Assembly (NCBI GenBank): GCA_044221725.1
Contig: JBGAON010000003.1
Span: 128,001-192,000, forward strand
DNA length: 64,000 bases
DNA from: Elusimicrobiota bacterium
GTDB taxonomy: Bacteria > Elusimicrobiota > Elusimicrobia > F11
Reading direction: 5' to 3'
Shown here: positions 36,404-49,461 of the stretch, one piece after another
How the letters are laid out: the number at the start of each line of letters is the position of its first letter
How positions within the stretch are numbered: the first letter of the stretch is position 1
Notes under the pieces: model-generated
The model's database searches: none
What the model saw: the letters and a program-made list of their open reading frames with translations, nothing else
Told to the model about the DNA's origin: nothing
Made by a program: the position numbers and the translations under genes

Positions 36404-36974
36404 AGCAGTCATCACCGAAGCGGTTCTTGAAACCAGCGCATCCATCGCTAAGATCGTCGACAACACAGCGGTTCTCGAAAAAATTGCCGATGCGTTGGTG
36501 ACCGCCTACAAAAACGGCAAGAAGATGGTGCTTTGTGGAAACGGTGGAAGCGCCGCCGACGCGCAGCATCTGGCCGCCGAACTCGTGGGCAGTTACGCCA
36601 ACCGAAACCGTCCCGCTCTTCCAGCTCTTGCGTTAACGACGGATACGTCGGCTCTCACCGCGATTGGAAATGATTATTCGTACGACGATGTATTTGCCCG
36701 CCAAGTGGAAGCCATGGTCAACACCGGCGATATTTTTATCGGTATCTCCACGAGCGGAAATTCCAAAAATGTTTTGAAAGCCATGAAAGCCGCGAAAGCG
36801 AAGAATGCCATCACGGTTGGATTCACTGGAGAAACGGGCGGTCAGTTGAAAACCGAGAGTGATCTTTGTTTTTGCGCTCCCTCCAAGATTACGTCGCATA
36901 TTCAAGAGTGCCATATCACAGTGGGTCACATCCTGTGCGGCATTGTTGAAAAGGCGATGGCGCCCCAGATTTGA
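36381..36974 (+). CDS. gmhA: Phosphoheptose isomerase
   Basis: [27 protein letters not shown]; start could be 36375 or 36381. Confidence 0.95.
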   Translation: MATVASHKAVITEAVLETSASIAKIVDNTAVLEKIADALVTAYKNGKKMVLCGNGGSAADAQHLAAELVGSYANRNRPALPALALTTDTSALTAIGNDYSYDDVFARQVEAMVNTGDIFIGISTSGNSKNVLKAMKAAKAKNAITVGFTGETGGQLKTESDLCFCAPSKITSHIQECHITVGHILCGIVEKAMAPQI

Positions 36975-37456
36975 AACTCGCGGAGATTCGCCGAAAAATT
37001 TGTTCGTGGTCCGATCTTAAAAAGCGGTTAGCGACAGACCGGAAGCAACGAAAGGAAATTGTTTTCACGAATGGATGTTTTGACCTTTTGCATGTCGGGC
37101 ACTTAAAAATATTTTCTGCCTGCAAAGAAAAAGGGGACGTGTTGGTTCTTGGTTTAAACTCCGATGCTTCAATCCGTCGCATCAAAGGTCCGGATCGGCC
37201 GATTGTTCCGCAAGATGAACGTGCGCTGATGTTGGCCGGGCTTGAACCGATCGATTACGTAACAATTTTTGAAGAAGACACGCCGGAGCGTTTGATTCGG
37301 CTTGTTCAGCCGGACATTCTAATCAAAGGCGGCGACTGGAAGGCGAGTGAGATTGTGGGGCGCGACGTCGCAAAAAAAGTGGTCCGTATTCCCCTGATCA
37401 AAGGGCATTCGACGTCGGACCTCATTGCGCGAATCGTCGAACGCTATGGAAAATAA
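36971..37456 (+). CDS. rfaE2: D-glycero-beta-D-manno-heptose 1-phosphate adenylyltransferase
   Basis: FTNGCFDLLHVGH, GLNSDAS, KG.DRP, KGGDW, STS. Confidence 0.92.
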   Translation: MKLAEIRRKICSWSDLKKRLATDRKQRKEIVFTNGCFDLLHVGHLKIFSACKEKGDVLVLGLNSDASIRRIKGPDRPIVPQDERALMLAGLEPIDYVTIFEEDTPERLIRLVQPDILIKGGDWKASEIVGRDVAKKVVRIPLIKGHSTSDLIARIVERYGK

Positions 37457-37840
37457 AAAGATTGTCCGGTTGTTGGACGCGAATTTAAACCGAGCGCGAG
37501 AAGGCTTGCGGGTTGTCGAAGACACCGCCCGATTTGTTTGGGACGATTCTCGGATGTATCAGCGGTTGCGGACTTTAAGGCATCGGTTGCACGAGGTAAC
37601 GGAATGTTCGTACAAAGATCTCGTCGAAGCGCGCGACTCGGGCAGCGACGCGGGACGAAAAATCAAAGAAGGTTTACGCGCGACGTTGGGAGCGGTGGTG
37701 GCGGCGAACTTGCGGCGCGCACAGGAAGCGGTTCGAGTTCTCGAGGAATATGGGAAAATAGTATCGCCCACGGCAGCGCCGGCGTTCAAGCAGATTCGAT
37801 TTCAGTTGTATCAGGAAGAAAAAAAGATTTTGAAAAGAAT

Positions 37841-37844
<4 letters not shown>
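37446..37844 (+). CDS. Stand-alone ThiD2-like protein (homolog of the N-terminal extension of long ThiE)
   Basis: DANLNRAREGLRVVED...RH...RD...ANLRRAQEAVRVLEE motif. Confidence 0.8.
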
Positions 37845-39816
<1,972 letters not shown>

Positions 39817-39818
39817 TT

Positions 39819-40742
39819 TTGATTCGTCGCGTTTCTGTCACTGTTCCCGCTTCGAGCGGAAATCTTGGCCCAGGTTTTGATGTCCTGGGCCTTGCGCTTG
39901 ATTATCGAAACGAATTGCATGTTCGCGTACTCGATAAGAAGCCAGGCGCACCGCTCATTCGAATCGTTGGTGAGGGTGATGGTTTAAATTTGGGGCGGGC
40001 GCTTCCCACAGACGAAAAGAATGGAATTTACCGCACGATGGAATGGCTGTTTCGGCGGGCGAAGAAAGAGTGTCCGAAGCTCGATATCGTTTGCGTGAAC
40101 CGCATTCCTTTGGCGCGCGGCCTGGGATCAAGTTCGGCCGCGTACCTCTCGGCGTTGTTGGCCGCGAATCGACTTTTGGAGGATGCGTTCTCACGCGAAG
40201 ATATCCTTCGGTTTGCGACGGAATTAGAGGGCCATCCGGACAATGTTGCGCCGGCTCTTCTCGGCGGAATCCGCGCCTCGGGTGTTTTCGAGAAAAAAAT
40301 TGTGACGGCCAAACTTCCAACGCCACGCTTGAAGATGGTGGTTGCGGTTCCTGCCTTCGAGCTTGCGACGAAAAAAGCACGACAGGTTTTGCCCAAACGC
40401 GTCCCGATGCAGGATGCGGTATTTAATTTATCCGCGGTGGCGCTGATGTCCGAAGCGCTGGGTTCACGCCCCGAGCTTCTCAAAGATTTGCTGAACGATA
40501 AATTGCATGAGCCATACCGCGCGCCATTGATAAAAGGATTTCATAAAGTGAAAGAAGCGGCTTTGCGTGCGGGGGCATTTGGCGTGATTTTGTCTGGCGC
40601 GGGACCAACGATTTTGGCGTTTGCTCGTCCCTCGTTAAGCGAACAAGTTGCGACGGCCATGCGATCGGCGTTTAAGAAAGCCGGTGTCGAATGCAAAACG
40701 ATGAAACTCGAAATAGATAGCAAGGGAGCGGTAGTGAAATGA
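39819..40742 (+). CDS. thrB: Homoserine kinase
   Basis: PASSGNLGPGFD, PLARGLGSS, EGHPDN, SGAGPT. Confidence 0.94.
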   Translation: MIRRVSVTVPASSGNLGPGFDVLGLALDYRNELHVRVLDKKPGAPLIRIVGEGDGLNLGRALPTDEKNGIYRTMEWLFRRAKKECPKLDIVCVNRIPLARGLGSSSAAYLSALLAANRLLEDAFSREDILRFATELEGHPDNVAPALLGGIRASGVFEKKIVTAKLPTPRLKMVVAVPAFELATKKARQVLPKRVPMQDAVFNLSAVALMSEALGSRPELLKDLLNDKLHEPYRAPLIKGFHKVKEAALRAGAFGVILSGAGPTILAFARPSLSEQVATAMRSAFKKAGVECKTMKLEIDSKGAVVK

Positions 40743-41968
40743 AGCGTAAAACTGTGGTCATGAAATTTGGCGGCACGTCAGTGAAAGATGCTGATCGCGT
40801 GAAGCGCGCCGCGCAGCGGATCGCTGAAACACGACGCAAAGGAAATAATGTTGTTGTGGTGGTTTCCGCCCCGGGAGATATGACCGATGATCTCATCGAA
40901 AAAGCGCAATCCATTACATCCGAACCCGATGGTCGCGAGCTCGACATGCTGCTCGCCACCGGGGAACAGGTTTCCATTGCGCTCTTGTGTATGGCCATTA
41001 AAAATTTAAAAGTGGACGCTATCTCGCTCACGGGCCCGCAAGCGGGCATCCGCGCCGACCACGTGCACACCAAAGCCCGCATCACTGCCATTAAGCCGAA
41101 AAAACTATCGCGTGAACTTCAGGATGGAAAAGTTGTGGTAGTCGCAGGTTTTCAGGGACTTAACCCCCATGACGACATAACAACATTGGGTCGCGGCGGG
41201 TCGGATTTGACCGCGGTCGCGCTGGCCGCAGCGCTGAAAAGCGATGTGTGTGAGATCTATACCGATGTATTGGGCGTCTATACGACGGACCCGAGAATTG
41301 TTCCCGAAGCACAAAAAATCGAACAAATTTCCTATGATGAGATGCTTGAGCTCGCTGGCTCCGGTTCCCAAGTGATGCAGGCGCGTTCAATTGAAGTTGC
41401 AAAAAAATTCGGAGTGGATATTCACGTGCGATCGAGTCTCGAAAACAAACAAGGAACTCTCATCACAAAGTTGCGTCCGTCAATGGAAGCACCGGTTGTG
41501 TCCGGTATCGCCTACGACGGAAACGAAGCGAAGTTGTCGATTATCGGCGTGCCCGATCAACCCGGTGTGGCCGCCACCATTTTTGGTGCGCTCGCACAAG
41601 ACAACATCAACGTCGACATGATCATTCAATCCACGGCGCAAAACGCGACAAACGATATTTCTTTTACGATCACACGTTCGGATCTCAATCGTGCTGTGGT
41701 GATTCTTGAATCCGTGAAAAAGAAGCTTGGCGCAAAATCGATTCTTTCCGATAATAGTGTTGCGAAAGTGTCGATCGTTGGCGTTGGCATGCGTAGTCAT
41801 CCTGGTGTCGCGGCAAAAATGTTTTCCACCTTTGCCGAAAATGAAATCAATATCGAAATGATTTCCACTTCGGAAATTAAAGTCGCTTGTGTGATTAAAC
41901 AAGCGGACGGCTCGCGGGCCGTCAAACTCCTTCATAAAGCGTTTGGACTTGAGAAATCCCGCACATGA
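40739..41968 (+). CDS. lysC: Aspartokinase
   Basis: KFGGTS, TLGRGGSD, two ACT domains, ISTSEIK. Confidence 0.95.
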   Translation: MKRKTVVMKFGGTSVKDADRVKRAAQRIAETRRKGNNVVVVVSAPGDMTDDLIEKAQSITSEPDGRELDMLLATGEQVSIALLCMAIKNLKVDAISLTGPQAGIRADHVHTKARITAIKPKKLSRELQDGKVVVVAGFQGLNPHDDITTLGRGGSDLTAVALAAALKSDVCEIYTDVLGVYTTDPRIVPEAQKIEQISYDEMLELAGSGSQVMQARSIEVAKKFGVDIHVRSSLENKQGTLITKLRPSMEAPVVSGIAYDGNEAKLSIIGVPDQPGVAATIFGALAQDNINVDMIIQSTAQNATNDISFTITRSDLNRAVVILESVKKKLGAKSILSDNSVAKVSIVGVGMRSHPGVAAKMFSTFAENEINIEMISTSEIKVACVIKQADGSRAVKLLHKAFGLEKSRT

Positions 41969-43614
41969 CCGTCCGCGCCAAGAAGCGCCGACCCAACAAG
42001 CGGGACCTGCCTTCAGCAACACGATTCATAAAACTTTTTGATACCACGCTGCGCGATGGAACGCAGGGCGAAGGAATTTCCATTTCGGTCGACGATAAAC
42101 TGAAAGTCGCCGAGACGCTGGATCAGCTCGGTGTTCATTACATCGAAGCCGGCTGGCCGGGCTCGAATCCAAAAGACGAGCTTTTTTTCGTACGAGCGCG
42201 CAAAGAACTGAAACTGAAAAAGGCAAAGCTTGTCGCGTTTTCGAGCACGCGACGAAAAGGCCGCACCGCCGCAACGGACGACAACATCAAGCGGCTCGTG
42301 GACGCACACACACCGGCCGTATGCATTTTTGGAAAAAGCTGGGACAGTCACGTGATCAATGCGCTGCGCGCATCGTTGCCAGAGAATTTGGAAATTATTT
42401 CGGATACGGTTTCTTTCTTGAAATCGAAAAAGAAAGAAGTGATTTACGATGCCGAGCATTTTTTTGATGGTTATCGGGCAAATCCGTCGTACGCGTTGTC
42501 AACGCTGAAAGCCGCGGCCGACGCGGGCGCCGATAACATCACGCTTTGTGACACGAACGGAGGCTGCCTGCCGGATGACATAGCGCAAGCGGTGCGAGAG
42601 GTGAAGCGGCATTTGCCCGGAGTTTCGCTCGGTATTCATGTGCACAACGATTCGAATTGCGCCGTGGCGAATTCATTGGCCGCAGTAAAAGAGGGCGTGG
42701 ACCTCGTGCAAGGAACGTTAAACGGATACGGCGAGCGTTGTGGAAACGCGAACCTCAGTTCGATCATTGCGAATTTGAAAGTAAAGATGGGCTTGGACTG
42801 TATCTCGGACAACCAACTTCGATTTTTGGCCGAGGCGTCGCGCTACATCGACGAACTTGCAAACGTGATTCCGCAGGACAGCATGCCGTATGTCGGTAAT
42901 TCGGCTTTTGCGCACAAAGGTGGCGTGCACGCTTCTGCGGTTGCGCGGTCGGCAAGTTACGAGCACATCGACCCGGCCATCGTCGGAAACAAACGCCGCA
43001 TATTGATTTCGGAGTTGTCGGGCAAAGCAAATATTTTGGCGAAGTCCGTCGAACTCAAATTGAATTTTGAAAAAGACTCGGACGCTGTAACCAAAGTTCT
43101 CAATTTGGTGAAACAAAAAGAGAGCGTTGGATTTCAATACGAAGGGGCCGAAGGTTCTTTCGTGTTGCTCGTGGAAGAAGCTCTTGGCAAGAAGCCAAGT
43201 TTTTTTGATCTCGAAGGTTTTCGTGTGACCGTTGAGAAGAGTGAGCAGAACGGCGAAATGATTTCCGAAGCCACGTTAAAAATTAGCGTGAACGGAAAGG
43301 CCAAACACACGGTTGGTGAAGGAACGGGGCCCGTCGACGCGCTCGATAAAGCGCTACGCCACGCGCTCGAAGATTTTTATCCAAGACTCAGAGAAATGTC
43401 GCTGATGGATTTCAAAGTGCGCGTTATCAACGCTCAGGCGGGGACGAGCGCACGCGTGCGAGTTTTCATTAACTCAAAGGATTCAAAAGCAGAATGGGGA
43501 ACCGTCGGGGTTTCGAGCAACGTGATCGAAGCATCCTGGCAAGCGCTTGTTGATGCCGTTGAATACAAGCTCTTTAAAGACCGTAAAAGGAGTTCCATCG
43601 ACCATGCAAAGTGA
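41965..43614 (+). CDS. cimA: Citramalate synthase
   Basis: DTTLRDGTQGEG, GWPGSNPKD, DAEHFFDG, PYVGNSAFAHKGG.H, YEHIDP, WGTVGVS.NVIEASW. Confidence 0.92.
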   Translation: MTVRAKKRRPNKRDLPSATRFIKLFDTTLRDGTQGEGISISVDDKLKVAETLDQLGVHYIEAGWPGSNPKDELFFVRARKELKLKKAKLVAFSSTRRKGRTAATDDNIKRLVDAHTPAVCIFGKSWDSHVINALRASLPENLEIISDTVSFLKSKKKEVIYDAEHFFDGYRANPSYALSTLKAAADAGADNITLCDTNGGCLPDDIAQAVREVKRHLPGVSLGIHVHNDSNCAVANSLAAVKEGVDLVQGTLNGYGERCGNANLSSIIANLKVKMGLDCISDNQLRFLAEASRYIDELANVIPQDSMPYVGNSAFAHKGGVHASAVARSASYEHIDPAIVGNKRRILISELSGKANILAKSVELKLNFEKDSDAVTKVLNLVKQKESVGFQYEGAEGSFVLLVEEALGKKPSFFDLEGFRVTVEKSEQNGEMISEATLKISVNGKAKHTVGEGTGPVDALDKALRHALEDFYPRLREMSLMDFKVRVINAQAGTSARVRVFINSKDSKAEWGTVGVSSNVIEASWQALVDAVEYKLFKDRKRSSIDHAK

Positions 43615-45274
43615 CAGCAACCGCCCTAACCACGGCGGCATTCGTCTGAGACCCGAAGGGGCTCTCTTGCGGACTTATTTGCGCGCCGCCGGTGTTGCGC
43701 AGGAATCAATCAACAAGCCACTTATTGGAGTCGTGACGGTGGCGACGCAGATCTTTTCCGAGCGTCCCGATGCGCGGGAACTGGGAAATGCCGCGGTCTC
43801 TGGCGTGGAAGCCGCTGGAGGAATGGCTGTCCGTTGGGACACTGTTCGCACGCCCGACCAAGTTGCCTGGGGACATGCGGATAGTTACAGCTTTGCGTGG
43901 CGAGATCAGCTGGCCGATTTCATTGAAAGTTGGGCACGACAGGAAGCGCTCGATGGTCTTGTTCTCGTCGGTGACTCCCATAAAACGCTCGTGGGCATGG
44001 CCATGGCGGCGGCGCGATTGAATTTGCCGGCAATTGTTATTCCCGCTGGTTCGGCAAAATGGGTTTACAAGGAAAGCGAGAAAGAGAGCGACAAAAAATC
44101 ATCGGCGTCCGAAGAATTTTCAGAAATTGTTTTTGGGAAAAAGAAGGTTCCGGCCACACAGGAAAAACTTTTTAACGAAGCCCTGCTTGCACAAGACGGA
44201 CATTCAACGCACGCGATGGATCTTGTAATCGAAGCGTTGGGGCTGGCGTTACCGGGTATCTCGACTGCGAGCATTGGCTCGCCCAAGAAGCACGAGCTGG
44301 CACACGCATCGGGTCAGCGAATCATTGCGTTGGTCCAGTCAGGATTTTCGGCGCGTCGCGCGCTAACGTCCAACTCGTTTAATAACGCCGTGCGACTCAA
44401 CGCGGCTCTCGGCGGTTCGGTGGATGTGGCGGTGCATTTGATGGCTCTTGCGCACGAAGCGGGCGTGACGCTCGCAATTGATCAGTTCGATAAGATCAGT
44501 CGTGAAACGCCCCAAATAACTCGCTTGGGCGGTGTAGGTCTTAAGGCGCCGCACAACATCGAAGATTTGGATCGTGCCGGCGGGGTTTGGTCCATCTTGC
44601 ATGCGCTGAAAGATTCGGTAGCGCCGTCGACGACCGTTTGCGGAAAGGGGGCATCGGAACTTGCGAGATCCGCGGTCATTAAAGAAACACAAATAATTTC
44701 AGCGAACCGACCGCTCGCAAAACAGAGTGGAGTCGGTGTTTTGCGTGGCAACTTGGCGCCGAAAGGGGCTGTGTATCTTTTGAATCAAGTGTATCCAGCG
44801 CTCATCCAATTCCGCGGCACCGCCGCGGTGTTTGAATCCGAATTCGAAGCGATTCGTGCGATCAGCGATAATCAGATCAAGAAAGGAATGGCCATTGTTG
44901 TGCGCGGGCAAGGAGCAAAAGGTGGCCCGGGGCTTCGCAAGCTGAGAATTTTGCCGGCGCTGCTGGAAAGTCGTGGGCTTAACAAGACGACACCGGTGAT
45001 AACGGATGGTCGTTTGCCGGACACGCCGGCCGGACTTTTTATTAGCTTTGTTTCGCCGGAGGGTGCGGTGAGTGGTCCATTGGCGGTTCTTAAAACCGGT
45101 GATGCGATTGAAATTAATACATTCGCACATTCGCTATCGGTTCGTTTGACGGACATGGAGCTCAAGATTCGACAGACGCGTTGGCAGGCTCCGGAGTCCA
45201 AAGCGGCAAAAGGATTTTTAGGACGATATTCGCGTTCCGTGTCAGAAGCACACGAGGGCGCGGTGCTTAAATAA
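43604..45274 (+). CDS. Dihydroxy-acid dehydratase (IlvD/Edd) homolog lacking catalytic residues
   Basis: Full-length IlvD-like sequence (KPLIG, LNLPAI, GGS...HL.A.A.EAG, LRGNLAP.GA, GGPG, ITDGR, VSPE), but the Fe-S Cys residues and catalytic Ser are replaced. Confidence 0.85.
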   Translation: MQSDSNRPNHGGIRLRPEGALLRTYLRAAGVAQESINKPLIGVVTVATQIFSERPDARELGNAAVSGVEAAGGMAVRWDTVRTPDQVAWGHADSYSFAWRDQLADFIESWARQEALDGLVLVGDSHKTLVGMAMAAARLNLPAIVIPAGSAKWVYKESEKESDKKSSASEEFSEIVFGKKKVPATQEKLFNEALLAQDGHSTHAMDLVIEALGLALPGISTASIGSPKKHELAHASGQRIIALVQSGFSARRALTSNSFNNAVRLNAALGGSVDVAVHLMALAHEAGVTLAIDQFDKISRETPQITRLGGVGLKAPHNIEDLDRAGGVWSILHALKDSVAPSTTVCGKGASELARSAVIKETQIISANRPLAKQSGVGVLRGNLAPKGAVYLLNQVYPALIQFRGTAAVFESEFEAIRAISDNQIKKGMAIVVRGQGAKGGPGLRKLRILPALLESRGLNKTTPVITDGRLPDTPAGLFISFVSPEGAVSGPLAVLKTGDAIEINTFAHSLSVRLTDMELKIRQTRWQAPESKAAKGFLGRYSRSVSEAHEGAVLK

Positions 45275-45278
45275 CTCA

Positions 45279-45382
45279 TAGGTTATTAGACCCTCTTCTG
45301 CAAACCGAAGAGGGTGTCGCTGGCCAGACGTTTTGGCGGCTCCCAGAACCCTCTACAAAAGGCAATTCGGGGCGATAGCTTA
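45279..45382 (+). promoter_or_regulatory. Candidate structured cis-regulatory RNA upstream of ilvB
   Basis: Hand-folded four-helix junction filling the intergenic region (see findings). Confidence 0.45.
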
Positions 45383-45393
45383 GAGAAAAAAGG

Positions 45394-47190
45394 ATGAACA
45401 TGAACATCATGAAAGACTCAGCAAAAAAAGCCTCAAGCAGTACTCCGCAAGAATCAACTCCAACGTTGTTATCCGGTGCGCAAATCGTTGTGGAAGGATT
45501 GGTCCGCGAAGGTGTCACGCACATTTTCGGAATTCCGGGTGGCGCGTGTTTGCCGCTGTTCGATGCGTTTTACGGATCGAAACTCAACCTCGTTCTCACG
45601 CGTCACGAACAAGGTGCCTCGCACATGGCCGACGGTTACGCTCGGTCCACGGGTCGCGTCGGCGTTTGTATCGCCACCTCGGGTCCCGGTGCAACGAACC
45701 TTGTGACCGGTCTCGCGACAGCGAACATGGACTCCATTCCGGTTGTGGCGATCACAGGACAGGTGGCCACGCATCTCATCGGTAACGACGCGTTCCAAGA
45801 AGCGGATGCGACCGGCGTCATGCGCCCCGTCACAAAACACAATTTCATGGTGAAAGACGTGCGCGACCTCGCGCGCACGATTCGCGAAGCTTTTTATATC
45901 GCACGCTCCGGTCGTCCGGGGCCCGTGCACATTGATATCCCCGTCGACATTCAGCGCGCAAAGATTGCGTTCGAATGGCCGGAAACAGTAAAGCTCCGTT
46001 CGTACAAACCGAAAACCGAAGGTCATCCGAAACAGATTCAGAAAGCCATTGAGTTGCTGGAGAATGCCGAAAAGCCGCTGCTCTACGTTGGTGGTGGTGC
46101 GGTGCTCTCGGGCGCCACACAAGAATTGTTGCGACTGTCCGATCGCGCCGACATTCCGGTGGTCCACACGCTGATGGCAAACGGTGCCTTTCCATTTGAC
46201 CATCCGAATTATATTGGTGTGCTTGGTATGCATGGAAAATATTCAGCGAATATTGCCATGCAAAATTGTGATGTGCTCGTTTCTGCGGGAGCTCGGTTTG
46301 ATGACCGTGTGACCGGGAATCTGGCCACGTTCTCAAAGCAATCAAAGAAAATCCATATTGATATTGATCCGGCCAACATCGGAAAAACCGTGCCGGTCGA
46401 CGTGCCACTCGTGGGCGATGTGAAAGCGGTGATCAAATCGATCGCCGATCAGATAAAGCCAGCGAAGCACGCGCCATGGCGAAAGCAGCTCCAAGAATGG
46501 GAAGACAAGCATCCGTTCGCGATTAAGCCGGGTTCGAAAGTTCTGCAACCGCAGTTTCTCATTCAGGAACTGCACCGCCTCACAAAAGGCGAAGCGATTG
46601 TTGCGACGGGCGTGGGCCAACACCAGATGTGGGCCATGCAGTGGTATCAAGCGAAATACCCGAAGACATTTTTGACATCGGGTGGGCTTGGTACGATGGG
46701 CTTTGGTTTTCCGTCGGCGATTGGAGCACGGTTTGCGAATCCGGACCGCGTTGTTGTGTGTATCGACGGCGACGGATCGTTCCAAATGACGATGTCGGAG
46801 CTGGCGACGATTGTGCATGAGAACGTGAAGGTGATCATCATTGTGATCAACAACTACTTCTTGGGCATGGTGCGTCAGTGGCAGGAGCTCTTTTATAAGG
46901 AGCGCTTCTCCGCATCGAATCTCACGACGAATGGAGCGGACACTGAAAAATCAGGTTTTCCAGAAGCGGGTTCGCTGAAATATCTTCCGGACTTCGTGAA
47001 GTTTGTGGATGCCTACGGCGTGAAAGGCGTGCGCATTTTCAAGAACGAAGAAGTCGAAGGCGCGATCAAAGAAGCATTGGCATCGAAAGGATCTTTCCTT
47101 ATTGAAGCGATGATCTCGCCCGATGAGAAAGTGTTCCCAATGGTGCCCGCCGGCGCCGGTCTCGACGATATTATTGTGGACATGGCGTGA
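45394..47190 (+). CDS. ilvB: Acetolactate synthase large subunit
   Basis: [50 protein letters not shown]; exact start uncertain (45394-45409). Confidence 0.96.
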   Translation: MNMNIMKDSAKKASSSTPQESTPTLLSGAQIVVEGLVREGVTHIFGIPGGACLPLFDAFYGSKLNLVLTRHEQGASHMADGYARSTGRVGVCIATSGPGATNLVTGLATANMDSIPVVAITGQVATHLIGNDAFQEADATGVMRPVTKHNFMVKDVRDLARTIREAFYIARSGRPGPVHIDIPVDIQRAKIAFEWPETVKLRSYKPKTEGHPKQIQKAIELLENAEKPLLYVGGGAVLSGATQELLRLSDRADIPVVHTLMANGAFPFDHPNYIGVLGMHGKYSANIAMQNCDVLVSAGARFDDRVTGNLATFSKQSKKIHIDIDPANIGKTVPVDVPLVGDVKAVIKSIADQIKPAKHAPWRKQLQEWEDKHPFAIKPGSKVLQPQFLIQELHRLTKGEAIVATGVGQHQMWAMQWYQAKYPKTFLTSGGLGTMGFGFPSAIGARFANPDRVVVCIDGDGSFQMTMSELATIVHENVKVIIIVINNYFLGMVRQWQELFYKERFSASNLTTNGADTEKSGFPEAGSLKYLPDFVKFVDAYGVKGVRIFKNEEVEGAIKEALASKGSFLIEAMISPDEKVFPMVPAGAGLDDIIVDMA

Positions 47191-47201
47191 TGGAGGGAAT
47201 T

Positions 47202-47732
47202 ATGAACGAATCCAATATGAGACATACCATTTCACTTTTGGTGGAAAATAAGTTCGGCGTTTTGGCGCGGATCTCGGGACTTTTCTCGGCGCGCGGGTAC
47301 AACATTGACTCGCTGTCGGTCGGAACCACCGAGGATCCGAACGTGTCGCGCATGACGATTGTTGTGAAAGGCGACAACCAAGTGCTCGAACAAGTTGAAA
47401 AACAATTGAACAAGCTCATCGATGTTATCAAGGTGGCCGATTATCAAGAGACGCCGCACTTGGAACGCAATCTCGCATTAATTAAGGTTGCCGCGGACAA
47501 AGCAACGCGCAGTGAGCTGATTCAAATTTGCGATATCTTTCGCGCAAAGATTGTGGACGTAGCGGTTGATTCGATTATTGTCGAGATGACCGGTGATGAA
47601 GAAAAAATAGAAGCTCTGTTACGGATGCTTCGACCGTTTGGCATTAAAGAAATGTGTCGCACGGGCATTGTGGCGATGGCAAGGGGAGCCAAAGGCATCT
47701 CGGTCGCCGAATTGGAGAGGGTATTGTCATGA
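47202..47732 (+). CDS. ilvN: Acetolactate synthase small subunit
   Basis: [40 protein letters not shown]. Confidence 0.95.
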   Translation: MNESNMRHTISLLVENKFGVLARISGLFSARGYNIDSLSVGTTEDPNVSRMTIVVKGDNQVLEQVEKQLNKLIDVIKVADYQETPHLERNLALIKVAADKATRSELIQICDIFRAKIVDVAVDSIIVEMTGDEEKIEALLRMLRPFGIKEMCRTGIVAMARGAKGISVAELERVLS

Positions 47733-48826
47733 GCAAAACAGCAACAAAATCGGCAGCAAAGAAGCACACGTTTTCAACGAACGGAAAAAGCAAACTCGAT
47801 CTTTCGGGATTGAAAGCCAAGGTGTATCACGATCAGGATGCGGATCTGAAATGGTTAAAGAATAAAAAGATCGTCGTTGTTGGTTATGGTTCGCAGGGGC
47901 ACGGTCAGGCGTTAAACTTGCGGGATTCCGGTCTCAACGTTCACATCGCGGTGCGCAAAGGCGGACGCGGATGGAATTTGGCGCTGAAGCACGGTTGGGC
48001 CGAAGGCAAGAACCTCTCGGACAATGTGGCCGAAGCCGTGAAGCAAGCGGATTGGATTCATATTCTTCTCCCAGATGAAACCCAAGGCGAAGTGTGGCAG
48101 AACGAAATTGCGCCAAACTTGAAGAAAGGCGCGACGGTTGCTTTCTCGCACGGATTTAATATCCGCTATTCGCAGATTGTTCCTCCGAAAGATTGCGACG
48201 TTGTGTTGGTGGCGCCGAAAGGCCCGGGCCATTTGGTTCGCCGCACCTACGAAGAAGGTCGCGGAACGCCGGCGCTCTTTGCGATTGAACAAGACGCTTC
48301 CGGAAAAGCCTTTCAAAACTGTCTCGCGTTCTGCAAAGGCATTGGTGCCACACGCGCGGGCGTGCTTCGCACCACCTTCAAAGAAGAAACCGAAACGGAT
48401 TTGTTCGGTGAACAGGTCGTTCTTTGTGGTGGCGCCGTTGAGCTCATCAAGAAAGGTTTCGAAACTTTGGTGGAGGCCGGCTATCAACCCGAGCTTGCGT
48501 ACTTCGAGTGCTTGCACGAACTGAAACTCATTGTCGACCTTGTTCAAGAAGGCGGCATTGGATGGATGAACTACTCGATTTCGAACACGGCGGAATACGG
48601 CGAATACAGCCGCGGTCCGCGCATTGTGACCGATGAGACAAAGAAAGAAATGAAAAAAATTCTTAAAGAAATTCAGAACGGTGAGTTCGCGCGCGAATAT
48701 TTGCTCGAGAACAAAGCCGGTAAGCCTGTCTTTAATTCGTATCGCAAAGCGATGGACGAACACGAAATTGAGAAAGTGGGCGCAGCGCTGCGCGGCATGA
48801 TGCCGTGGCTTAAGAAAAAAGAGTGA
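47729..48826 (+). CDS. ilvC: Ketol-acid reductoisomerase
   Basis: [43 protein letters not shown]. Confidence 0.97.
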   Translation: MSKTATKSAAKKHTFSTNGKSKLDLSGLKAKVYHDQDADLKWLKNKKIVVVGYGSQGHGQALNLRDSGLNVHIAVRKGGRGWNLALKHGWAEGKNLSDNVAEAVKQADWIHILLPDETQGEVWQNEIAPNLKKGATVAFSHGFNIRYSQIVPPKDCDVVLVAPKGPGHLVRRTYEEGRGTPALFAIEQDASGKAFQNCLAFCKGIGATRAGVLRTTFKEETETDLFGEQVVLCGGAVELIKKGFETLVEAGYQPELAYFECLHELKLIVDLVQEGGIGWMNYSISNTAEYGEYSRGPRIVTDETKKEMKKILKEIQNGEFAREYLLENKAGKPVFNSYRKAMDEHEIEKVGAALRGMMPWLKKKE

Positions 48827-49461
48827 AGCTCGTCCCGATCGCCGGTGACGGCTGGCGATTTATCATTGGTTTCACGGCGCTCGGAGCGTTTCTTTTGTGG
48901 CTGGGTCGATGGTGGAGCACGCCGTGGGGCGTGCTCTTCATCGGCCTGGGCGTATTTTCGGTGTTTTTCTTCCGAGATTTCGATCGTAACACGCCTGCGG
49001 ATGAAAACGCGATTTATAGCCCGGGGGACGGAAAGGTCGTTGACGTTTCCACCGTTGCGGATGGTGAATACGCTGGGCAGGCGATCATCCGTATATTTCT
49101 TTCCGTATTTGACGGACATGTTCAGCGGATGCCGGCGAACGGTCGCGTGAGAAAGATCGAGTATAAAAAAGGTTTGTTCTTGGACGCGCGCCACGAGCGT
49201 GCGCACGTGGACAACGAGCAAAATACTGTGGTGCTCGATACGCCGAAAGGCACATTGATTGTGAAACAAATCGCCGGCCTCATTGCGCGGCGAATTGTCT
49301 GCTGGGCCAAAGAAGGGGACAGTTTTGTACAGGGACAACGTTACGGACTCATCCGTTTCGGTTCTCAAGTGGATGTCATTATGCCGGCCAAAGTTCAGAC
49401 GTCGGTGAAGCCCGGCGACCGGGTTGTTTCAGGAATTTCGGTTCTCGCGAGGTGGAAATAA
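48823..49461 (+). CDS. psd: Phosphatidylserine decarboxylase proenzyme
   Basis: [29 protein letters not shown] cleavage motif. Confidence 0.92.
   Translation: MKLVPIAGDGWRFIIGFTALGAFLLWLGRWWSTPWGVLFIGLGVFSVFFFRDFDRNTPADENAIYSPGDGKVVDVSTVADGEYAGQAIIRIFLSVFDGHVQRMPANGRVRKIEYKKGLFLDARHERAHVDNEQNTVVLDTPKGTLIVKQIAGLIARRIVCWAKEGDSFVQGQRYGLIRFGSQVDVIMPAKVQTSVKPGDRVVSGISVLARWK

Noticed and set aside
37538..37840. N-terminal extension of the thiE ORF, or a programmed frameshift fusing ThiD2 and ThiE
   Set aside because: A clean ATGA stop/start overlap at 37841-37844 explains two genes; the A run at 37819-37825 alone is insufficient evidence.
43604..45274. ilvD pseudogene
   Set aside because: The ORF is full length with no stops or frameshifts and has an SD; treated as a pseudoenzyme instead.
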